Below are positions 26,724 through 35,097 of a stretch of 42,242 bases of DNA, piece by piece. The position numbers and the translations under genes were made by a program. The notes below the pieces were generated by a model. The model had not been told where the DNA came from. It worked only from the letters and a program-made list of their open reading frames with translations, and ran no database searches. Where the stretch lies: positions 1-42,242 of the IMG/VR virus record IMGVR_UViG_3300044698_000097. One strand, 5' to 3'. The stretch comes from a virus (Duplodnaviria > Caudoviricetes). Each line of letters starts with the position of its first letter. The stretch's first letter is position 1.

Positions 26724-26745
26724 CATAACGGCAATTAACGGCAGA
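26718..26745 (-). other. dif-like XerC/XerD recombination site
   Basis: Minus strand TCTGCCGTTAA-TTGCCG-TTATGTCAGGA has the 11-6-11 layout with a TAA-N6-TTATGT core; largely intergenic and AT-rich. Confidence 0.65.
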
Positions 26746-26756
26746 ACGGAAACGAC

Positions 26757-27125
26757 GTGACAAAGCGATTCACCGTCTGGTGCAACACCGACGACGACGG
26801 CGGCCCGGACCTGCATTCCCACGCGCACGGCGTCGAGCTGGTCGACGCGGACGCATGGTCGGCGTGGCTCGACGAGCACGCGCACCATGACCTGTCGCTC
26901 GTCATCGAGAACCTGACCGGCCTGCCGTTCTTCCAGGCGAACCGTGGCGGCATCCGGTTCGAGGTGCCGACGGAAGACGAGATCCGCGCCGCCTACGCCT
27001 GGCAGAACTTCCGCACGCAGCGCGGCGTGCACGCGAGCAAGGAAGTGCGCGAGCACGAGCACGCGGCGTTCCTCGCCGGCTGGGCGGCCGCCCGGCAGCG
27101 CGACGCCGTCACGGTGCCCCGATGA
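26757..27125 (+). CDS. hypothetical protein
   Basis: GC3 bias; coupled to the next gene. Confidence 0.65.
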   Translation: MTKRFTVWCNTDDDGGPDLHSHAHGVELVDADAWSAWLDEHAHHDLSLVIENLTGLPFFQANRGGIRFEVPTEDEIRAAYAWQNFRTQRGVHASKEVREHEHAAFLAGWAAARQRDAVTVPR

Positions 27126-27322
27126 CCGCCGCAGAGCGCGAGCGTGCCGAAGAGGTGGCGCACGGCGGCCTGGCATCACGAGACGGCGACCTGGTCGAGC
27201 TGGGCGACGGCGTCCGGTGGTGGTTGAACGGTCAGCCGTGGGCGCGGAATGAGGCCGATGGGCTGATCTTCCAGGATCGCGCCCGCGTCGCGGCCATGCG
27301 GCAGCAGATCCGCGGGGGGTGA
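27122..27322 (+). CDS. hypothetical protein
   Basis: ATGA overlap. Confidence 0.6.
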   Translation: MTAAERERAEEVAHGGLASRDGDLVELGDGVRWWLNGQPWARNEADGLIFQDRARVAAMRQQIRGG

Positions 27323-27344
27323 CTCCCCCGTCGGCATATATGAC

Positions 27345-27378
27345 GAGAGCCCCCACCGGGCAGGCGGTGGGGGCTCTC
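27345..27378 (+). terminator. hairpin terminator
   Basis: GAGAGCCCCCACCG-ggcagg-CGGTGGGGGCTCTC. Confidence 0.7.
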
Positions 27379-27477
27379 GCGTTCCCCGTTGGAGACGGCC
27401 CGGGGTGGCCAGCCATAGCCGTCCGCGCGGCATCTCGACGGCGACGCTACCAGCGGGCGCCTGCCTACGATCGATCC

Positions 27478-27720
27478 ATGAGCGAACCCACCGCCAGCGA
27501 CAGCCCGATCACCGCGCAGATGTCGACGGAGCGCCTGAAGAACTACTGGAAGACGGGCGCCGGCGGCGCTCGCATCCGCTGGGGCACCGACGGTGACCTG
27601 ACCAGGTGCCACCGGCTCGTGACCCGGGAGGCCGGCGCCGATGCGGCCACGTTCGACGTTTGGGGCTACTGCCAATCGCTTCATATCGAGCTGTTCGGGC
27701 GACCGAACCCCGAAGACTAG
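27478..27720 (+). CDS. small head-associated domain protein (80 aa)
   Basis: LKNYW.TG.G.ARIRWGT.GD.TRC...GYC..LH motif; TACGAT 6 nt before the ATG. Confidence 0.7.
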   Translation: MSEPTASDSPITAQMSTERLKNYWKTGAGGARIRWGTDGDLTRCHRLVTREAGADAATFDVWGYCQSLHIELFGRPNPED

Positions 27721-28349
27721 CCGGTCGGCATGACCTTGGGCGTAACGCCCTTGGATGCCATCCACTTGTGCGGGTCCTCTGCCCACTTGCTGCTATTGCA
27801 TGACTGGCAGGCAGGAACGAGGTTGTCGACGTGGTGCCTGCCGCCACGAGCGACCGGGTAGAAGTGATCCAGGTGTTCCCACTCCGTGTCGCAGTAGTTG
27901 CAGATGCCCGCGGTCTTCGCCAGCACTTCCGCTTCCATCTCCGGCGTCACGTGTTGGCCGATGGCGTGCCAACGCTTGCGCTGGTACTCCCGCTTCTTCG
28001 CCCGTGAGTAATCCAGGTTCTCGCGGTACTTAGCCCGACGGCGCGCCAGGATCTCATCCCGGTTTTCGGTGCGCCATCGTTCGTTCTGGACCTTTCGGGA
28101 GGCCAGAGCCTTTTCGTGGTGCTTGTAGTAGTGGCGGCTGGAATACTCGGCGCCCTTCTCCGGGTGCTCTTCCTTCCACTTCCGCACGCGCTCGCTGATC
28201 TTGGCGCGGTTCCGCTTGCCGTAGTCGCCCTGCTGCGCCTTCACGCAGGGCTTGCAGTAGAACCCCAGGCCATCCTTGCGGGATTTGTCCTTGTAGAAGT
28301 CCGTCACCGGCCGGGGCTGCTCGCACCTCTTGCACACCTTTTTGTCCAC
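27717..28349 (-). CDS. HNH endonuclease with an N-terminal zinc ribbon
   Basis: KVCKRC...CKPC; CNYC...HLDHFYPVARGG.H..DNLVPACQSCNSSK. Confidence 0.92.
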   Translation of the reverse strand: MDKKVCKRCEQPRPVTDFYKDKSRKDGLGFYCKPCVKAQQGDYGKRNRAKISERVRKWKEEHPEKGAEYSSRHYYKHHEKALASRKVQNERWRTENRDEILARRRAKYRENLDYSRAKKREYQRKRWHAIGQHVTPEMEAEVLAKTAGICNYCDTEWEHLDHFYPVARGGRHHVDNLVPACQSCNSSKWAEDPHKWMASKGVTPKVMPTG

Positions 28350-28390
28350 ATCCGATAGTTTACCCCGCTACTGCCAGAATCTACACCGGA

Positions 28391-29905
28391 CTACCAGCCG
28401 CCCAGCCGCGGGCGCTCCGTCCATACCTCGATGGGGCCGACGTCGGATTCCCGCATCCGGGTCAGGGCCTGCGACGTCGAGTCAACGATGTCGTCGTGCT
28501 CGCCCGTGGGGAACGACGAGAGTTCCGTGACGAAGTCGTCGACGAAGCCCAGCCCTTCCGGCAGGCTCACCTGGTGGGCCTCGACGAGCGGCGCGACCGA
28601 CTGCGCGCGGACCACCTTGGATCCGTTCGCAGCCCGCACCGGCACGGCAACGATGCCGTCGAGGGTGCGCCGCAGCGTCGAGATCGCAGCAGCGCCGTTC
28701 GCCGCTTCCTCGACCAGGTGCGCCGTCGCGTTCGGGAAGCGGCCGATGAACGACGTCATCCGTTCGAGCTGCACCGTGAACGGGCCACGGAACCGGATCA
28801 TGTCGAGTAGGAAGTACCGGTTGCCGGTGCGCTGCCACGCGGTGCCGACGCACCAGTCCCCCGACTCTTCGCCGCCGGTGCCGAACGTCAGGTCCCAGCT
28901 CGTGATGATCTGGTCTGCCTCTGGGAGATCCGCGGGCGAGTGGTACTGCCACCACGCGAGCTTGAACACGGTGCCGTCGACGTCGCCGGGGTGTTGCTGG
29001 TAGAGCGCGTTGAACACCGCGGTGCCGACGCTGCGTTTCGTCTTCGCCCACCGGGCCAGGGCCTCTTCCCTGGTCTCGTGCGTCTGCACGGACAGCATCG
29101 GTTCCCCGACGTCGCGGCCCAGCGCGTCACCGGGCTCCGCGATGGCGGGGAAGACGATGGTTCGCCAGTCGTCTTCGCGGTCCTTCAGCAGCCGGCCGGA
29201 CAGGTCGTCTTCGTGCCACCTGGTGGCGATCGACAGCACGATGCTGCCGTTCTGGCGCATGCGGGGCTTGACCACCGACCGCCACATCGACCAGACCTTT
29301 TCGCGCATCGTCTTGCTGTACGCGTCCGACATGTGCTTGATGGGGTCGTCGATGATGGCGACGCGTAGGCGCCGGCCGGACAGACCGCCGGCGAGACCAC
29401 GCGCGAGGATGCCGCCGACTCCCCCGACGGTCCACGCCTTGACGCCACCCACGCTCTTCGTCGACCCGCGCTGGTCGTACTGCATCTTCACGTCGAGGCT
29501 GAATTTCTCCGCCAGGGACGCTTCCGCGCTGATGAGGCCGATTTCCCAGGTCGGCCGGTTCAGGGTGAGCCACAGCGGGAAGATGACGGACGCTATCTGC
29601 GACTTCCCGGAGCCCGGGGGCATGCTGATGATCAGGTTGGTGTCGAGGCCCTGGTCAGCGCGCTCGACGGCCTTGCCCAGGGCGGCCATCAGGGCATCGG
29701 TGTGGGGCCTGGCGATGTAGGTGGGGCCGACGACGTCGTGCGCGAGATCTCCGAGACTCATGGCCGCTTGCCGGCACGCTTCCAGGCGCTTGACGAGCGC
29801 GACGCGTTCCATGGGCACAGAGTCGGCGTAGAGCCGGCGGACCTCGTCGTCCGTCAGCCCGCACAGGACATCAGTCCCCGGGGGTGCCGGCGTCAGTGTC
29901 GTCAT
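28391..29905 (-). CDS. terminase large subunit
   Basis: MPPGSGKS, IIDDPIK, TRWHEDDL, SWDLTF and EHDDIVD. Confidence 0.95.
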   Translation of the reverse strand: MTTLTPAPPGTDVLCGLTDDEVRRLYADSVPMERVALVKRLEACRQAAMSLGDLAHDVVGPTYIARPHTDALMAALGKAVERADQGLDTNLIISMPPGSGKSQIASVIFPLWLTLNRPTWEIGLISAEASLAEKFSLDVKMQYDQRGSTKSVGGVKAWTVGGVGGILARGLAGGLSGRRLRVAIIDDPIKHMSDAYSKTMREKVWSMWRSVVKPRMRQNGSIVLSIATRWHEDDLSGRLLKDREDDWRTIVFPAIAEPGDALGRDVGEPMLSVQTHETREEALARWAKTKRSVGTAVFNALYQQHPGDVDGTVFKLAWWQYHSPADLPEADQIITSWDLTFGTGGEESGDWCVGTAWQRTGNRYFLLDMIRFRGPFTVQLERMTSFIGRFPNATAHLVEEAANGAAAISTLRRTLDGIVAVPVRAANGSKVVRAQSVAPLVEAHQVSLPEGLGFVDDFVTELSSFPTGEHDDIVDSTSQALTRMRESDVGPIEVWTERPRLGGW

Positions 29906-30311
29906 CGTCGTCGCCGTCGCGCTCTGTGGCCCGCTCCGCCAGGATCGCGTTCAGCTTTTCGTCGAGCTGCGCGTTGGCGCCTTGCAGGGTGATTGCCTGC
30001 CCGGGGACGTGGCCGGTGCGGTCGAGGATGCTGTTGGCCGCGCGGACGCGGTCTGCGGCTTTTTCGCTCTCGTCGCTCACGATGGTGCCCAGTGCGCGCA
30101 TGGCGTCTTGCACGTAGTCGAACAGGCTGACGGTGGTGCGCTCGATGTGGCGTTGTGGGTGCTCGACGTGCCGGCCGCAGTAGTCGCCTACGGTGGCGAT
30201 GTTCTCGCACTGGGCGCGGGCGTGCTGTCCCCCGTCGGTGATGTGCTTGCACTGGTGGTCTGCCGGGTTGGGCTGCTCTGGCAGGCTGTCGCTATCGGTC
30301 ATCGGATTCAC
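29871..30311 (-). CDS. terminase small subunit
   Basis: Directly upstream of terL; DRVRAANSILDRTG motif. Confidence 0.75.
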   Translation of the reverse strand: MNPMTDSDSLPEQPNPADHQCKHITDGGQHARAQCENIATVGDYCGRHVEHPQRHIERTTVSLFDYVQDAMRALGTIVSDESEKAADRVRAANSILDRTGHVPGQAITLQGANAQLDEKLNAILAERATERDGDDDDDTDAGTPGD

Positions 30312-30337
30312 CCCATTTGTCGTCTACGGTCGTGCCC

Positions 30338-30649
30338 CTAACCGTCGCTTCCTAGCCATCCGGTGACGGCGCTTGCTGCCCACATCATGACGGCTGCCTC
30401 GACGGCGGTGTATGGGTGCGCGAGCCACCAGACGCCCCAGGTGAGCGCGGTGGCGAGCCAGAACCCCAGGCACCAGGGGCACGAGACGAGCGTGTCGAAC
30501 CACTGGGCTACGGGGTGCGTCGACGCGCGTAGGCGCCCGTGGATGGGCTCTGTGATGCTGTCGATGGCGGCGAGACGCCAGAGCCGGAACGCTGCGAGGC
30601 CGATGAGCCCTGTCCAGACGATCAGCACGAGGGGGTCGGTGGTGGTCAT
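30338..30649 (-). CDS. DUF1360-like membrane protein
   Basis: AAFRLWRL..D.ITEP...LVSCPWCLGFW. Confidence 0.8.
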   Translation of the reverse strand: MTTTDPLVLIVWTGLIGLAAFRLWRLAAIDSITEPIHGRLRASTHPVAQWFDTLVSCPWCLGFWLATALTWGVWWLAHPYTAVEAAVMMWAASAVTGWLGSDG

Positions 30650-31536
30650 CGTCGCCTTCCGATGGTGTTGACTGCGCGAGCTGGTGCGGGCTGTTCGGGG
30701 ACGACGCGGTTGCCGGTCGGTGTCTTCAGCACGCGGTACCGCATGCGGCGCTTGCGCATGCTGTATCGGGCATCGCTGGCCTTCGGGTTCCTGGTCTGCG
30801 CGTGGTCAGGCACTCCGGGGATCTCGAACGGGCTGTGCCCGGTCAGGCCGGCCTTGCGTAGGTGCGGCTCGATCGCTTTGGTGAACGTCGCTTCGTGGGA
30901 CGACAGCCACGTGGTGGTGGCGGGTACGGCGTTCGCGGCGTAGAACTTCGGGTCGCGGAGCTGCGTGCCGCCCAGGTGCGCGAGGTTCCCGTACAGGGTG
31001 CGGACCTGCGGGGCGGCGATGCGCATGGCCTCCGCGGTGGCGAGCGCGCGGCGCATGTGCCGCTTGTGCACGAGCAACGGGGTGTGGATGTCGTAGTTGT
31101 ACAGCACGACGCCGGGCATCATGCGCTTCAGCTTCGCGTCGGTCTGGCGGAGCCCTTCGGCCCACTTGCTGTGCCACGCGGCGAACGCCGGCAGCACCTG
31201 GTCGTTCCGGCCGCGGTGGATGGGTGGCAGCTCGTCGATCGGGTGCATCAGGTAGAAGTCGTCATTCCACATGATCCACGGGTCGGTGACGTCGGGGTTC
31301 TCGCAGGCCCACCGGTAGTGAGCGCGGGTGGTGCGGTACTTCGGCGTCAGCGTGGGGCGCTTCACTGCGGTCAGGCGGGGGTGGTCGCGCCGGAGCCATG
31401 CCGGCCAGGATCCGACGATCCAAATGTGGTGGTAGGGCAGGTTCCTCTCGATGGACCGTAGCGCGTAGCGCAGCTCGCGGTTGTCGCCGGGTCGGCATGG
31501 CAGAACTACATCGGGTGCGTCGGCGCGGTACGGCAT
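30646..31536 (-). CDS. Stealth-family (hexose-1-phosphotransferase-like) protein
   Basis: DVV, ELRYALRSIERNLP..HIWIV..WPAWL, WIMWNDDFYL and HTP; RBS before ATG at 31536. Confidence 0.8.
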   Translation of the reverse strand: MPYRADAPDVVLPCRPGDNRELRYALRSIERNLPYHHIWIVGSWPAWLRRDHPRLTAVKRPTLTPKYRTTRAHYRWACENPDVTDPWIMWNDDFYLMHPIDELPPIHRGRNDQVLPAFAAWHSKWAEGLRQTDAKLKRMMPGVVLYNYDIHTPLLVHKRHMRRALATAEAMRIAAPQVRTLYGNLAHLGGTQLRDPKFYAANAVPATTTWLSSHEATFTKAIEPHLRKAGLTGHSPFEIPGVPDHAQTRNPKASDARYSMRKRRMRYRVLKTPTGNRVVPEQPAPARAVNTIGRRR

Positions 31537-31721
31537 TGGTCCCCCTGTGTCCGGGTCGATGTGTCTGCATGGTAGGCGTGCGGGGGCGCTGTGGCGTGGA
31601 TCTTCACGAGACACGATGTCGAGAACATTGCCGAACATGTTTGCGCCGGTCACGGTGTATATGTCAACATGGGTGTTCAGGTGTCCGGAGCCGAGACCGG
31701 ACGGGATAAGGGGATGCAACC

Positions 31722-32126
31722 GTGATGTACAGCGCAGGGGCCGGCCTCGTGGCCCTGGTGTTCTTCGTGATGATGATTCGCAAGGGGCGCACCGACGGCC
31801 CGTGGGCCATCGCGCTCGTCTTGTGCTCGTTCATCATCGGAACGGCCCCGATCATCAGCGGCGTTCTGCCGGGCCTGATGAACTGGCTGGCCAACCTGAT
31901 TTCGCAGGCCGTGTTCCACCAGGCGGTGGAGACGGGCGGGGTGTACTCCGGTGCCGTCATCATCATCTCTGTCGGGCTGCTCGCGTGGTGGCTGCGAGAC
32001 GGCCACGTCAGCAAGGGTGAGAAATGGGGCCTGGTGATCTGCTCGTTCGTCGTCGGGTCGACGCCTCTGGTGACGTCGTGGTTCCCCACGGCACTGAACG
32101 AAGTGTGGGCCATGATCCCTGTATGA
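31722..32126 (+). CDS. membrane protein made of two internal repeats
   Basis: About four hydrophobic helices; YS...R.G...LV.CSF..G..P occurs twice. Confidence 0.75.
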   Translation: MMYSAGAGLVALVFFVMMIRKGRTDGPWAIALVLCSFIIGTAPIISGVLPGLMNWLANLISQAVFHQAVETGGVYSGAVIIISVGLLAWWLRDGHVSKGEKWGLVICSFVVGSTPLVTSWFPTALNEVWAMIPV

Positions 32127-32168
32127 TCGGCGCGTCGAACCCTCGACGAGCAGCAAGACTCCATCCGG

Positions 32169-32201
32169 AGAGCCCCCCACTGTGACGGTGGGGGGCTCTT
32201 T
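32169..32201. terminator. hairpin terminator between convergent genes
   Basis: AGAGCCCCCCAC-tgtgacg-GTGGGGGGCTCT followed by TT. Confidence 0.75.
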
Positions 32202-32206
32202 GGCGT

Positions 32207-32734
32207 TCAGGGGCTGGTGTGGCGCACGGGTGGCTGCTCGACGACGCCCAGGATGGCGGAGCGCACGCGATCCTGCGGGCGGGGCACGTCGGCGTCTTCC
32301 TCGACCAGCTCGCGTGGGACCTGCACCGGCTCGCTGATGTGCACCACGCCATCCCGGACGGCGCCGGTTACTACCGTCGCCGTGTCGTTGAGCACGTCGA
32401 CGCCGAACACGCGCTGCTCGCCCGCCGTTGGTTCGTCGTCGTCGGGCATCGTCGAGCTGGTGCGCACGCCGGCCTGTTGCGCGAACGGCAGCCGGGCCTC
32501 TGACCCACTCCCCCGCGGGCTGAACTGGGCGACGGCGTCGCCTAGCTTGGCGGCGAAGTCGGGCGGCACGGGGACGGGAAGCGGTGGCGCCGGCGTGGCC
32601 GGCTGGGGCGTGGTGGCTGCGTCGTCGAGCCGGGTTATGCGCAGCTCGCCGGCGTCGTGGCCGGCGAGCGCCATGAGCACGCGCCGGTCGTCGGCCGTGA
32701 TCTGGCTGGTGTCGATGTCGATGGTGATTCGCAC
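32207..32734 (-). CDS. hypothetical protein
   Basis: GAGAGGA RBS with GTG start. Confidence 0.65.
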   Translation of the reverse strand: MRITIDIDTSQITADDRRVLMALAGHDAGELRITRLDDAATTPQPATPAPPLPVPVPPDFAAKLGDAVAQFSPRGSGSEARLPFAQQAGVRTSSTMPDDDEPTAGEQRVFGVDVLNDTATVVTGAVRDGVVHISEPVQVPRELVEEDADVPRPQDRVRSAILGVVEQPPVRHTSP

Positions 32735-32758
32735 GGGGTTCCTCTCGCTGGGGGCATG

Positions 32759-32799
32759 ACTGCGCCCCCCTGGGGCTTCGGAACCAGGGGGGCGCAGTG
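32759..32799 (-). terminator. strong intergenic hairpin
   Basis: ACTGCGCCCCCCTGG ... CCAGGGGGGCGCAGT. Confidence 0.65.
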
Positions 32800-32805
32800 T
32801 CGACG

Positions 32806-33111
32806 TTACAGGGCGGCGCGGACGCGGTGCCGGAGTCGCCGGCCGCGCGCGTCGTCGGTGAACAGGGCTGCCAGGATCTCGGCATCGGACGCGGCGAACC
32901 CGTCGGCCAGGCTGACCCGTGGGTCAGAGCTGGTGAACGTGTCGTCAGCGGCCCGGAGCATCTGCCAGTCGACGGCGGGGGCGGGCAGGTCGCGCAGGCG
33001 CGCGGCCTCGACGCGGCACAGTGCGCAGATGGGCTCACCGTCACGAGTGGTGCGGTCGGTGCGCTCCCCGTGGGGGCACGGGGCGTGGGTTCGGATCGTT
33101 GCCTGGCTCAT
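32806..33111 (-). CDS. hypothetical protein with a CPH...CxxC zinc motif
   Basis: GGAGGTG RBS before ATG at 33111. Confidence 0.7.
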   Translation of the reverse strand: MSQATIRTHAPCPHGERTDRTTRDGEPICALCRVEAARLRDLPAPAVDWQMLRAADDTFTSSDPRVSLADGFAASDAEILAALFTDDARGRRLRHRVRAAL

Positions 33112-33168
33112 GAGGATCACCTCCGGTCTCCGTCGCTCTCTCGTGTGTCGGTGTGTCTGGTCGGTCCC

Positions 33169-33197
33169 ATTATCACGCCGGTTGGCCGAATTGACCA
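33169..33197 (-). promoter_or_regulatory. putative leftward promoter
   Basis: TGGTCA-17-GATAAT on the minus strand. Confidence 0.45.
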
Positions 33198-33219
33198 CCC
33201 CTTACCCCCGACGGGTATG

Positions 33220-33393
33220 TCAGTTTGGCGTTTCGGCCTCCGAGATCCACGCTGCCAGAACGGCGCTCACGAACTCTTCCATGGCCGCTGGAATGTTCCC
33301 CTCGAAGCCATAGATGATCTTGTCGTCGACCTCGTCGCCCCGGAAGTGACGGGCCAGTGCCGGCGTCAGGGAACGGTCGATCATCTGCGCCAT
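33220..33393 (-). CDS. small ORF or 3' remnant of a gene (57 aa; not in the ORF track)
   Basis: MAQMIDRSLTPALARHFRGDEVDDKIIYGFEG...; coding-like codons but no clear RBS. Confidence 0.45.
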   Translation of the reverse strand: MAQMIDRSLTPALARHFRGDEVDDKIIYGFEGNIPAAMEEFVSAVLAAWISEAETPN

Positions 33394-33743
33394 GCGCAGT
33401 TCGCGCGACTTCGGGTGACGTCCATGGCGTCCAACTGCGTCGCCACGTAGAACACGTTGTCGCTGAGGCCGACGAAGTGCTTTCGGTAGTCGTCGTCACC
33501 GTGCTTGCAGGTGACCTCCAACTGCCGGGCCTCGTCGGTGATCGAGCACCGACCCTCGACGACAAACGCGGGCTTGTCGGTGATGCCGTTGATGCCGACG
33601 ATCTTGCGCTGAACCTCGAACTGGTCGGCGGCCGTCGACAGGTTCTCTGACACGGTCTGCGCGTCCGACGAACAGCCGTTCGCGCCTGCGGTGAGCAGAC
33701 CTGCGAGGACGACGGCGCCGACGATGTACCTGACGTTCTTCAT
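33381..33743 (-). CDS. phage lipoprotein, possibly C-terminally truncated
   Basis: Signal peptide plus GC; NLSTAADQFEVQRKIVGINGITD...EGRCS...KHFVGLSDNV. Confidence 0.75.
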   Translation of the reverse strand: MKNVRYIVGAVVLAGLLTAGANGCSSDAQTVSENLSTAADQFEVQRKIVGINGITDKPAFVVEGRCSITDEARQLEVTCKHGDDDYRKHFVGLSDNVFYVATQLDAMDVTRSRANCAWRR

Positions 33744-34090
33744 GATGCCTCCGTGGGTGCTGTGCTGGTGGGGTGTTTCTCGGTAGTTTCTGCCTGCCAT
33801 TGCTCAACCGTCCGGGTCAGAAACTCGACGATGGGGCGGGAGAGATCTTCGTTGTTGCGCTGGGCACGCAGGCGCGCAGCTCGCGCGAGCTGGGCGCCGA
33901 CGTAGAGGGTGACGGGGCGCGCGCCGCGGGTGGTCGGCAGCTTCCGGACGGGCTCCGAGCTGGTGGCCACGTACCGATACAGGAACTCCCGAACCATGCT
34001 GGCGAGCGTGAGGCCGTTCGCGGCGGCGATCTGTGTGGCCGCGGCCTTCGTGTCCGGCGGGATCCGGAAGCTGACGCGGGGACCGCTCAT
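33740..34090 (-). CDS. tandem ribbon-helix-helix DNA-binding protein
   Basis: Two RHH-like units: VSFRIP...LASMVREFL and VTLYV...LSRPIVEFL. Confidence 0.65.
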   Translation of the reverse strand: MSGPRVSFRIPPDTKAAATQIAAANGLTLASMVREFLYRYVATSSEPVRKLPTTRGARPVTLYVGAQLARAARLRAQRNNEDLSRPIVEFLTRTVEQWQAETTEKHPTSTAPTEAS

Positions 34091-34428
34091 GCCGTCAGCT
34101 CGCGCAGCACGGTCTCGTCGAGTAGATCCATGGGGCGCCAGACGCCGACGTCGACGCCTGCGCCGGCGAGCGCTTCCAGCCATTTGCGCTGGTCGGGTGT
34201 CGGGTTCTCGCGCTGCCGCTTCAGCTCGCGGATCAGGAACCGGCCGTGCTTCGGGTGGACCAACGCGACGTCGGGCCAGCCGGCGTCGGAGCGGCGTGAG
34301 TCGTGGGTGTGGTAGCTCAACCACCCCAGCTCTTTCGACAGCCGGGCGATCCTCACGCGCAGCGTCTCTTCGGCCATGTCCTTCGCGATCCGGCGCCGGT
34401 ACTCGTCGATGGTGACCAGGTCAGCCAT
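34087..34428 (-). CDS. VRR-NUC domain nuclease
   Basis: YHTHDSRRS..GWPD, ELK, Q..WL..L and VWRP.D. Confidence 0.88.
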   Translation of the reverse strand: MADLVTIDEYRRRIAKDMAEETLRVRIARLSKELGWLSYHTHDSRRSDAGWPDVALVHPKHGRFLIRELKRQRENPTPDQRKWLEALAGAGVDVGVWRPMDLLDETVLRELTA

Positions 34429-34512
34429 GGGATCATCCTTCCTGGGCGCGTGCTGTGCCCGTAGTTGGGGGTAGGTGGGGGTGGCGCCTGTTCAGCGCCG
34501 CCCCCACCGGCA

Positions 34513-35097
34513 TCACTTTTCGGTGGCGTGCAGGTGTTCGAGCACCCGTGCGGCCTCGTCGAACGTCATGTCGTCGGACGTCGCGGGGCGCTTCAGCACC
34601 TGGTCGAAGATCTGTTCCAGGTTGACCTGCGAGGCCCACTGCCGCAGCGCGTCGAACTGCTCGCGGGACATCATCTGCACCTGCGAGCGGGTGGCGCGCG
34701 CGGTGCGCACGGGGGGCGCGGACGCTGCGTTGCCGTCGTCGTCGCCGTCGGCCACCACGCCCGTCATCGTCAGCATCGTGTACCGGCGGAAGTACGTGAG
34801 CGCGGAGCCGATGCCCTGCGGGTTGCCGTCGGGCAGCTTCATCCGGCTCACCATGGATTCCTGCGTCTCGACGTGCAGCAGCAGCATCACCAGGTGCGTT
34901 GCCCCGTCGGCCACTTCGGTCCAGCTCTTGAACATCAGGCCGTGGGAACGCAGAACCGGCGTCATCCGCTGCACGATGGTGGGCAGCGTGGCGTACCGGG
35001 AGCCGAAGTGCTCGTTGGCGCCGTCGAGCGGCACCACCAGGAACTCACCCTGAAAGTCCATCAGGGCCTGGTCGAGTGCGGGGGTCTGGTCGGTCAT
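34513..35097 (-). CDS. ERF-family single-strand annealing protein
   Basis: N.HFGSRYATL, PQGIGSALTYFRRY and DDDGN. Confidence 0.9.
   Translation of the reverse strand: MTDQTPALDQALMDFQGEFLVVPLDGANEHFGSRYATLPTIVQRMTPVLRSHGLMFKSWTEVADGATHLVMLLLHVETQESMVSRMKLPDGNPQGIGSALTYFRRYTMLTMTGVVADGDDDGNAASAPPVRTARATRSQVQMMSREQFDALRQWASQVNLEQIFDQVLKRPATSDDMTFDEAARVLEHLHATEK

Noticed and set aside
31661-31668. TTGACA on the minus strand upstream of the Stealth gene
   Set aside because: There is no acceptable -10 hexamer at 16-19 bp spacing.
32122-32201. Possible small RNA (TATGAT box, small hairpin, terminator)
   Set aside because: The hexamer overlaps the upstream stop codon and there is no -35, so this is more simply a 3' UTR.
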